10,179 nucleotides of DNA from the NCBI GenBank assembly GCA_043228905.1, contig JBHGNT010001294.1, positions 1 to 10,179 on the forward strand, given 5' to 3'. The position numbers and the translations under genes were made by a program. This document shows positions 1-7,925 of the stretch, piece by piece. The notes under the pieces are model-generated. The model had not been told where the DNA came from, did not search any database, and was given only the letters and a program-made list of their open reading frames with translations. Source of the stretch: Azolla caroliniana. Lineage: Eukaryota > Plantae > Polypodiophyta. Every line of letters starts with the position of its first letter. Within the stretch, counting starts at the first letter, position 1.

Positions 1-790
1 CATTTGACCCACTCTATATAATGTCGATCCTTTCTTCTTGAGAACATCTTGTGGTTTTTTATAACATTTTTCATGTTATTCATTTATTTATGTATGTTTT
101 CTACCCAGAATTTATTAGTTTAGAATGTCTCAACTTCATTCTTTTAATGCTTGAATATTGTTTCTCTATCCCACCTTCCTTTCAATCATATGACACCTTT
201 CCAACTTTATGTTCTTCCGTAAGTTCATTTTTGTACCTAAAATTTCAACCTTTACTAAATCCAAGGGTTTGTTGATATTCAATTAAATGTTTTTGTATTT
301 AATTAAACCGGAATGCAATGCCGCTTTAACAACCAGATATTTAATAGGGAAAAGTACCAAGATACCCCTGGAAGTTCGTCTATTTACCAAAATGCCCTTG
401 GAAGTTCCAAATTTACCAAACTACCCCTATGTCCAAAAAATTACACTTTATAAAGTAATTATACACTCAAATCTTTGGTAAATAGAGCTAGTTCGGGTCC
501 ATTTCTTCCATCTTTGGTAAATAGGGCTTGTAGATTTGAGTCTATAATTACTTTATAAAGTGTATATTTTTGGACATAGGGGTAATTTGATAAATTTGGA
601 ACTTCCAGGGGCATTCTAGTAAATAGACGAACTTCCAAGGGTATCCTGGTACTTTTCCCTATTTAATAACGTATATTTTCTACCCATTTTTCCATGACTA
701 ACCAACCCCAACAAACCCTCATTTTTTAAAAGTTTTAGGGGAAAACCAATATGGCCATAGTTTAGGAGGAAAGCCAAGTACCAATGCAAC
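1..790 (-). mobile_element. Decayed LINE-like ORF2 C-terminal fragment, interrupted by the MITE
   Basis: Minus-strand reading gives SWKNG*KIYVIKYLVVK...KNI*LN, in frame across the empty MITE site. After a frameshift it gives G*KTYINK*IT*KML*KTTRCSQEERIDII*. The stops fall where the Trp residues of the LINE zf-RVT-type W..LW....W motif are expected. Inference only. Confidence 0.35.
347..659. mobile_element. Non-autonomous Mutator-like (MULE) fold-back MITE, 313 bp
   Basis: 128-bp terminal inverted repeats (347-474 and 532-659, about 10 mismatches by hand count) with GGG...CCC termini. Exact 9-bp TSD TATTTAATA at 338-346 and 660-668. Each arm holds three copies of a ~30-bp subrepeat. Confidence 0.93.
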
Positions 791-1670
791 ATAATTTTGT
801 TTGTTGAATTTGTTGGGATACAGTTTTCATTGTTGTCTCATATTACATAAATCTTGGGTTGTAGCTTTAGGAAGTTGTACAAACTACCAATTCATCATTA
901 TCATCATCATCATATGCCAATATGACAATTTTGTCATGTATATATAATAGAATCATGTTTCACAATTTTGTCAAGTGGATCCCCTACTGCAATACCTCAT
1001 ACTCCAAGCTTTAATTATGCACCTAGCAATAATAGCTATTATCAGAACCAAATGAGAATGCATAGAGCAGAATCAAACCTTCATATAGAATAGAATGCAA
1101 CCTTCATGGAGTTGCCTGTTAATGTTACTACAAAAATACTCATTTTTCACAAGAATCGGACAACTAATTTGAACGTGTGGACAAGTATACGATCCTTCGA
1201 GATGGGCAAACTAATACATGAACAAGTGAAGAGCACAGTTTATTTTTTTGGCAAACACATTTTGTAATCACTCCATTGGTGGATTATTTAAGCTAAATGA
1301 GGTGTTGTGCAAAAACTGCACAAGATACTACTCGAAGAGATTCCGAGGTGGGATGGAAGTTCATGAATGTAACTTATGTGTGTTTTGCATCCTACCATAT
1401 TCAATATCCCACCATTACATTGAAAGGATACATACATGTAAGGTTGGTTGGCTGGCTACCTGACAATTTTAGCTGAGCAACTGATCTTACATCATACATC
1501 TTTATCAGAAATGGCTTCCACAAATAAACATAGGGCACAAACTAGTGCCTTAATATCTTATGTAACAGAAACCAGTCAACAAAGTACAAAACCTTGCACA
1601 TTTCCACAAGGAACTATGCTTTGAAAACTGATATCAATACAAAACTTGTGGGGCTAAATTCTAATGAAGT

Positions 1671-1810
1671 AAATATTTTGTTCAAAAAACTTTTATCACT
1701 CATGTCATGAAAAGCTTCAACTTCATGAAAATTGTCCCTAGATACAAAACATTTCATTCAAAGAGCTTTATCACTCACATTATTGAAAGCTTGAATTTCA
1801 TGGAAATTGT
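1671..1810. repeat. Degenerate tandem duplication, period about 76 bp
   Basis: ttcaaaaaacttttatcactcatgtcatgaaaagcttcaacttcatgaaaattgt versus ttcaaagagctttatcactcacattattgaaagcttgaatttcatggaaattgt. Confidence 0.75.
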
Positions 1811-2044
1811 ATCCATTAAAGTAGAATATGGAGGTTTGATTGGCCCTTAATTTTGATTAAATTTGAAATTAAATCAAAGTAACCAATTGAAGGATCCTCA
1901 ATTTATACCCATTGCACCTTCATAGAAACTCACCTATTGAGTATAATGAGTCAAGGTTGAGCAACTTTCCGTTGGTCTGGCTGTACACAAACAAACATAA
2001 TATGCCAACATCGCCGAATTTGCATGGCGGCGTTGCATACAATC

Positions 2045-2125
2045 TCAATAAAAAGTTCCACCATCAACTGCAGAGCATGCATGCAAGCGTTCTCTTATCT
2101 GCGATACTAGCCTTTCCTCCAGATC
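2045..2125 (-). CDS. CFAP157: Probable last coding exon (DLEERLVSQIRERLHACSAVDGGTFY*)
   Basis: Acceptor TTTTCTCTGTGGTTGAAAG|, phase 0, TGA at 2047-2045. Alternative 3' ends exist, such as an exon at 1980-1934. Confidence 0.45.
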   Translation of the reverse strand, partial: DLEERLVSQIRERLHACSAVDGGTFY

Positions 2126-5100
2126 CTTTCAACCACAGAGAAAACCATGTTTCTCAATTATGCAGGGTGCAATGCAATAAATAAATAAACACAACTCAAA
2201 ATGAATCATCAATATCAAATGAAAATAGCAATACCATGCCCTCTGTTTGAGCACTGCTTGAAATGGATACTACATCACTCTGAATATTGTCAACCAAAAT
2301 GTTATTTGCATGCAAGTCTAGTACGGGTAGCTTTAGGATATCATCGAATGAGACAGCTGTAGAACCAAAATTACATGAGGTTGAAGCCAACCATCAAAGA
2401 ATAACTAAGATCTAGGAGACATAATCTCAGCAACAAAACCTTGTTTGGATGATAAAACATCGCTGGCTGTAGGGCAAAGTTCATTTGATTGACCCGGAAC
2501 TTCATCCACAACAGGAAGAGCTCGATGAGAAATAGCTGCTTGGAGAAGGTTCCTGAAAATCTATGCCAGATATATGAGTGTGATTTTGATTTTTGATTTT
2601 TCTCTTTTAATGGGAATCAATTGCCACTTGCATCAATCAAGGGTGGGGCAGGAATTGAGTTCCTGACCCTTCAAATTTTAGTTCTTATGATGTGCAACCA
2701 TGAAAATATTTGTCTACTAACACTAGGAAATTCTGCCGCTCCTCATCGCTATTGAATGAGCTTGGAAAACCTCGTATATTCTCAGAAGTGGAGCCTTTCT
2801 CAAATCTGCAAGTTATAGTTATGTAAATGAGAGCTTCATCAGTTAAAAAGACTCAGTTCTACCACCATGAAAGTATGGGCAGAATAAATAGTAAGAGAAT
2901 CTCTTGAAGACTTTTACCCCGAAATATTTTCAGCTTTAACCTCTTCCAAACAAGCATAAAGGAACTTCATCACCTCCTCTGTGCTGGTTGTTGGAAAACT
3001 TGTTTCAGGACTGCGATCTTGATTTATTTCCTATTTATTTGGGAAGCACGCAACATAAATGCATATTCATTCTATGAAATTATAAAATAACAATAAATTC
3101 CGTGTATACCACATTAGCAACACAATTATGTGGCTGTTTTTGCTCCTTTTCACTCTTGTTAGCTTTTGCTTTGTACCTCTCTTTCAAATTTTACAATTTA
3201 AAAAATTCCCCAAATTGTTAGAATGTTAATGTCCTCATTTTTAATCGCATTAGTAAAGTTCCTTAACTTTGTTCCTAGTTGGAGTAAAATTTGAGCATGG
3301 ACCATTCATGCAGAAGCATTTACCTGGTTCACGAATGCGAATGCACGTTGGTGCGTATGGTTCATACTATGATTGAAAGGACACAAATATAATCTCCATT
3401 TCCTATTAAGATTATATGTTTCTTACTATTTCACAAAAGACACAATTTATTAAGGAAACAGACAAACAGACATTCTTCTGTATGTGGCCCTGAAATTTGC
3501 AGGAAAATGTCTTGCTAGAAAACATGGTTCCTAAATTTGGACAATTAAGAAAGCCATTGGTGATTGTGTGTAGTAAGGACAACAATACATATTATATATA
3601 CATGTATAGTACTAAAAAAAATCGGTTGCTACATCCTACTCGTGCAATTACACACAAATTCATCTATCTATCTAAGACCTATATCAGTTTGACCTACGAA
3701 TTAAGCGCATGTGAATGTGTGTGAGAGAAGCATAAACACAAACACACTTTTACATTACCAAACATATACATCTCGATAAGAATATTTTGTCAACCCGCTA
3801 GTGGATAGTATGGACTATATTGGCATCCTACGCATTTCATAGATGGTCATTAATAGGTCAAGTTCATATGTTCACATAAATATAAAGCGATGGTAAGCGC
3901 AATGTACATGAACCCCACAAATCCATCTATCTATATTATATATATGGATAGATAGGTAGAAATTATATATATGAGATTAAATCAGCTGTCATGTGAGCTA
4001 CAGAGAACATAAGAAATATCTTAAGAGCATTCAATGCCTATCATACACATATACACAAATGTTTCTGCAATCAAAACGAAAAGACAATTGAGATCCTTTT
4101 CAGGTGTTCTAGATCAAAATGGAGATGATCTAGCCCATTTGCAAGTCCCATGTACGCAATGGCAACACCTAGGTAGGAGGGTTGTTATACAGGTTCAGGC
4201 CCTTGCCTTGTAAGCCCTAGTTGGAAGTTCAACTTCCTCCCCCCTTTGGTTCCCATGTGCAATTGCCTTCCATCATTAGAAATAAATATAACACCTCTCA
4301 CTCAAAAGAATGCCATAGAACATTACAAGTGCAAAGCTAATTAACTAATTGTTGTACGTACCACGTAACTTGTAAAGGAGAATTCTTATAGTTTTCTGGT
4401 TCATCCGATTTCTATGTACCAAATCGTCATGCACCTGCAAACAACCTTATCATGTATTAGTAGGTTCAAATCAACACATGCATTTAAAATCTTAAAGTAG
4501 CAGCAGTAAAAAATCAAAAACCCTCCTTCATCTACTTCATGCCCACTGTATCATAGCAAAGAACATAGTAGATGCATGCAAGGTTGACATTGTTTCAAAA
4601 TCATGCATCAACTATTAGAAATCCTTGAGAACAAGCATAGGCTAGCTTAATAACTCCTATTGCTGTTGAATAAAAATAGAGAACCATCTAAAGTTTAAAT
4701 TTTCTCAAGTCTCAATCACATAGCGACAACTTCTAAGGTACCTCCTTTGCTAGCAACACTTGTCGGTGCAATTCAATGTTTTCCTGCACAAGTTTCTCAT
4801 GCTTTTGATAAATCAGCTCTGTTTGTCTGATGTGGTAACCAAGTTCTTTGCCTAGCTTCTCGTTCTCAACCATGGTTCTCTTTGTTTTCTGCCGAGTATA
4901 ATTATTAATAAGAATGCTGACAGTCAATTTTTTCCCAAAAACTTAATGACAGATAGAATGGCATCTACTCAGTAGTCACTTATAAAGATGATAATATACA
5001 GCATGGAGTTGATCGTCCATCTGCTTAAGCATTTGTGTTTTAGTTTCCTCTATTCGCATTGCCATTTCCTTCTTAAGCCTTTCCTTTGCTTGTAAAGCTG

Positions 5101-6089
5101 CCCTTTCAATATCACTCATGGCATCTTGATGATCCTTTTTCTGTTTTTCTATTGTCTCTTTCAGTCTAATTGCGGAGGAGAAAGATCAGCAAAAACCCAC
5201 CATAGCTCCAAGCGTTTTGAAGGAATACATCTTACCCTGCAATCTCTTGCTCTATGGCAGTCTTCTTGGCTCTAAAATCGTCAATATCACGCAACTGCAC
5301 TTGTGCATTAGCCAATTGAAGTCGAAGGTCATCAGTGACAAATTTATGAGTGCTTTTGAGCTCATTAAAATCCCTTGCAAGACCATCAATGGTCTTTGTG
5401 CTTTCTTCTCTCAAGCTTTTCAATGTAAGCTCCAATTCTTGAATCTTCACTTCCTTTTTTTTGACGTCACTGATAAAGGACCATCACAGATACATTACCA
5501 AGTATACGATATGACTTAAGAATAGCATTTCATTCAAAGGTTACAAATGGAGTTAAAGAGAGATTGATTAGCAGAAGAGGCCTCTGATGAAAAATACAAA
5601 AACATACAATGGCACAAACATGGTCAATCTCTCATAAAAAGTCCAAAAATTTTGTAGGTGAAGTTGAGAGAAACAATACAAGAAAAAAAAAAAGCAATGA
5701 CCAAAATATCAACAAGAAGAAAATATACAATAATAAACACCAGTTCAGCAGGTAAATCTACTACTTATGAGGAGGAAAGAAATAGCATGATGTTAAGGTC
5801 ACTGGATATAATAATGCACTGTTCATGGTTCATTGTCTAATGAATGCAATATGCTATACCTTGTGAGAAAAGAAATAATATCTTGGAGCTTGTCTACCAT
5901 ATCCTTTGTAACTACTTGCTGCTGCTCTGTGAGAGACACGAGTGTTTCTGATCGTTTCTCGAGTCTAGAGACTTTATCAAGCAATGTTTCAATCTCCAAG
6001 TCCTTGTCAAGTAACACTTGTTCAATGTTGATTTTGTCATTCTTTCCATCCTTTTCCTTCTTTCCGCTTGGTCCTTTCTTGGGCGGCAT
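2045..6089 (-). CDS. CFAP157: Spliced gene, 11 coding exons, about 477 aa: CFAP157-like cilia/flagella coiled-coil protein (CFAP157/BBOF1 group)
   Basis: Hand-built model: 6089-5860, 5469-5236, 5165-5000, 4888-4742, 4434-4362, 3180-3110, 3030-2918, 2805-2722, 2552-2440, 2356-2235, 2125-2045. Total 1434 nt, all introns GT-AG, phases consistent. An in-frame TGA two codons upstream of ATG 6089 fixes the start. Basic MPPKK N-terminus, then coiled coil. Motifs DIISFL, LRDIDDFRAKK, AKERLKKEMAMRI, TKRTMVEN and NQKTIRILLYK occur in the same order as recalled human CFAP157 EIVAFL, LAALEEFRLQK, DKDRLRKEIIQRV, TKRAIKEN and HQKIILMLTKK. Identity is from memory, not a database search. Confidence 0.8.
2235..2356 (-). 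CDS. CFAP157: Coding exon 10 (AVSFDDILKLPV...SSSAQTEGM)
   Basis: Follows an 83-nt intron with strong acceptor TAATTTTGGTTCTACAG|; phase 1 matches; lies in ORF 2196..2390; donor ATG|GTATTG. Confidence 0.65.
2440..2552 (-). CDS. CFAP157: Coding exon 9 (VNLLQAAISHR...VLSSKQ)
   Basis: Acceptor TTTTCAG|, donor AAG|GTTTTG. Joining it to exon 8 gives the amphipathic ERQNFLVNLLQ. If the next intron is retained, the frame stops at 2405. Confidence 0.68.
2722..2805 (-). CDS. CFAP157: Coding exon 8 (GFEKGSTSE...DEERQNFL)
   Basis: Acceptor CTTGCAG|, donor GT|GTTAGT; phase 2-2. Confidence 0.72.
2918..3030 (-). CDS. CFAP157: Coding exon 7 (EINQDRSPE...EEVMKFLYACLEEVKAENIS)
   Basis: Acceptor AATAG|, donor GG|GTAAAA. 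EEVMKFLYACLEEVK resembles the recalled BBOF1 helix EVERFFLDALHQVK. Confidence 0.78.
3110..3180 (-). CDS. CFAP157: Coding exon 6 (ERYKAKANKSEKEQKQPHNCVANV)
   Basis: Purine-rich open stretch whose phase 1-0 exactly bridges exons 5 and 7. Acceptor TTTGAAAG| is weak; donor GTG|GTATAC. Confidence 0.6.
4362..4434 (-). CDS. CFAP157: Coding exon 5 (VHDDLVHRNRMNQKTIRILLYKLR)
   Basis: Acceptor TTTGCAG|, donor TG|GTACGT; phase 0-1; carries the QKxIxxL motif. Confidence 0.85.
4742..4888 (-). CDS. CFAP157: Coding exon 4 (KTKRTMVENEKL...QVLLAKE)
   Basis: Acceptor CGGCAG|, donor GAG|GTACC; 147 nt, phase 0-0; lies within ORF 4733..4927. Confidence 0.92.
5000..5165 (-). CDS. CFAP157: Coding exon 3 (LKETIEKQKKDHQ...KERLKKEMAMRIEETK...DDQLHA)
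   Basis: Follows a 70-nt intron; acceptor TCTCCTCCGCAATTAG|, donor GCT|GTATAT; open coiled-coil frame absent from the ORF track. Confidence 0.92.
5236..5469 (-). CDS. CFAP157: Coding exon 2 (SDVKKKEVKIQ...IEQEIAG)
   Basis: Acceptor CCTTTATCAG|, donor GG|GTAAG; in frame with exon 1; contains ORF 5232..5450. Confidence 0.92.
5860..6089 (-). CDS. CFAP157: Coding exon 1 (MPPKKGPSGKK...LQDIISFLT)
   Basis: Matches ORF 5823..6089; donor AG|GTATAG at 5859; phase 2. Confidence 0.92.
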
Positions 6090-6349
6090 TTCTCATTCAT
6101 CCCAATGATCTCCTGATTGATAATGGTTCCAAAATATTAAGCATTTTCAGTTTAGAATGACATTTTACATAATTCTCTCCCAGCTTCAAGATACATCTTC
6201 GCAACAACAATACCAACATACAAAATTCCAAGGAGATTTTCCTTGAAAGTATCTATCTGAGAAGGCATTCTACTGTGACATGTTCAGTTAAAGGTCCCAC
6301 AGTTCTTGACATTGTGATTTGCAATCCATGCCTTGTTTGATTCCCCTTA

Positions 6350-6782
6350 GAGACATGGAAAGCTTAGAAGATACAAAAGAATGTGCAGAGAAAGCAGAAA
6401 CATGTAATAGCATATCGGGCATCCACAAGGAAAGAAAATTCCTCTGGCGAATGAATGGAAACAAAAAGGCTCTAATTTTTGCTCCGGAATGCCTTAAATC
6501 ACTCCCCTGAGGGCGGGCGGAACCCTGATTTACTCAAAAGACATAGGGATTTCTTTAGCTAGTGGAGACATGGAAAGCTTAGAAGATACAAAAGAATGTG
6601 CAGAGAAAGCAGAAACATGTAATAGCATATCGGGCATCCACAAGGAAAGAAAATTCCTCTGGCGAATGAATGGAAACAAAAAGGCTCTAATTTTTGCTCC
6701 GGAATGCCTTAAATCACTCCCCTGAGGGCGGGCGGAACCCTGATTTACTCAAAAGACATAGGGATTTCTTTAGCTAGTGGAG
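6350..6782. repeat. Perfect 215-bp tandem duplication
   Basis: 6350-6564 and 6565-6779 read as identical, with 3-nt GAG microhomology at the junction and ends. Confidence 0.97.
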
Positions 6783-6855
6783 TGGGGTGGGGGAATCCTG
6801 ATGTACTCACAAGATTCAGGGATTGGTTCAGCTAATTTCGTTTGGAGACGAGTAC

Positions 6856-7150
6856 CTGAAATAGGCAGATTTCTGCAGAAGGGAAGGAATTATGGCGGGG
6901 GGAACAATGGACGAGATGTCAAGGAGTTCATCCAGCAGCAGCAGAAGCAGAAGCAGAAGAAGAAGAATCCATGGATGGATGGATGGATTCTTTGGTCCCG
7001 GAGAAGAAGATGAAGTCGATTGGAATTGGAGGTATGGCATGGAATCGGATCGGATCGGACCGGGACCCACCGAAAGGTCGCGTTTCTTTTCCAAATCGCC
7101 CAACAAAAAAACAAACAGAAAACAGAGAAAACAGAGAAAACAGAGAAAAA
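6856..7150 (-). other. Probable non-coding first exon (5'UTR) of the CFAP157-like gene
   Basis: Pyrimidine-rich on the minus strand with (CTT/CTG)n, (CATC)n, (CGATC)n and (TTTTCTCTG)3 tracts, typical of plant leaders. Ends in donor TTTCAG|GTACTC at 6855, with a matching acceptor ATCAATCAG| at 6113, 23 nt upstream of the ATG. The upstream boundary is approximate. Confidence 0.5.
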
Positions 7151-7171
7151 TGAAGTGATGAATGGAAAGTT

Positions 7172-7450
7172 AATAGTATGAACCATACGTACCATACGCA
7201 TCGTACGTGCCTTTTCGCATTCGAGAATGTTTCAATCCTTCGAGGATGGTAAACACCCTCAACGTATGGTAAAAATACCCATACTTCTGTATTCATTATT
7301 TATTATAAGGTAAGAAAGTTAAGGTAAAGCATTCGTATTGTAAGTGGGAAAAAAATAAATAAATAACATAAGAATGTTTGTTAAACATACGCATTCTTTT
7401 TCATTCGTATAGAAATAGCATGTTTGCTAAAGCATTCGAGTATATTACGT
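7172..7450. mobile_element. Degenerate non-autonomous DNA-transposon remnant (hAT-like end, TACG/CATTCG subrepeats)
   Basis: Starts ATAGTATGAACCATACG, which recurs inverted at 3354-3370. CATACG and CATTCG motifs repeat in an otherwise CpG-poor background. I found no clear second TIR or TSD. Confidence 0.4.
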
Positions 7451-7533
7451 TTATGATATTGTGAGAATGAAAGACATATACAAAATATAAATATATGTAT
7501 ACCACATACATACATATTAACGCCTATATGAGT

Positions 7534-7558
7534 GAGAGAGAGAGAGAGAGAGAGAGAG
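7534..7558. repeat. (GA)12 microsatellite
   Basis: Directly visible; lies upstream of the putative first exon. Confidence 0.95.
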
Positions 7559-7602
7559 GGTTGGTCATCCACCCAAAGAGAGGAACGTGGATGGGTAGAC
7601 AA

Positions 7603-7925
7603 TTGGATTGCATTGGATTGGATCGCATTGGATCAGTTTGGATCGGATTGGATTAGATTGGATTGGATTGCATCACATCATAATGGATTGGATCGAATCA
7701 GGTTGGGTCGGATCATATTGGATGGGCCTCCCACATGCATAGCAACCCCCTGGATTGGATTGGATCGCATTGGATCAGTTTGGATCGGATCGGATCGGAT
7801 TGGATTGGATTGCATCACATCATAATGGATTGGATCGAATCGGGTCGGGTCAGATCAGATTGGATGGGCCTCCCACATGCATAGCAACCCCCCCCCACCC
7901 CCCCCACCCCATCTCGTGGATTGCA
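7603..7925. repeat. GGATT/GGATC pentamer satellite with a 142-bp higher-order duplication
   Basis: Many TTGGA/TCGGA units. Unique anchors (gatcgcattgg at 7621 and 7763; agcaacccc at 7741 and 7883) recur exactly 142 bp apart. Confidence 0.9.

Noticed and set aside
347-659. Regularly spaced ~30-bp repeats that could suggest a CRISPR array
   Set aside because: There are no unique spacers, the context is eukaryotic, and they are subrepeats of MITE arms.
2641-2700. tRNA/SINE-like 3' half in intron 8 (minus strand GGTCAGGAACTCAATTCCTGCCCC)
   Set aside because: Only a T-arm-like stem is present; the GTTCRA box is broken and I could not build acceptor or anticodon stems.
3922-3960. Imperfect hairpin ATCTATCTATAT...ATATGGATAGAT in intron 5
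   Set aside because: Low-complexity TA/TATC sequence; self-complementarity is expected.
5833-6108. + strand ORFs 5833..6108 and 5217..5519, and short ORFs in introns (3497..3724, 5658..5840)
   Set aside because: They are antisense shadows of the real exons or chance intronic ORFs with no recognisable protein features.
6319-6510. 63-aa ORF overlapping the 215-bp duplication
   Set aside because: Non-ATG start, antisense to the probable 5'UTR intron, and no protein signature.
6777-7296. Cluster of six overlapping ORFs, including an RS-rich/basic 88-aa ORF (6892..7158)
   Set aside because: They arise from stop-poor microsatellite tracts in a GC-richer leader region; the low-complexity peptides mirror the repeats.
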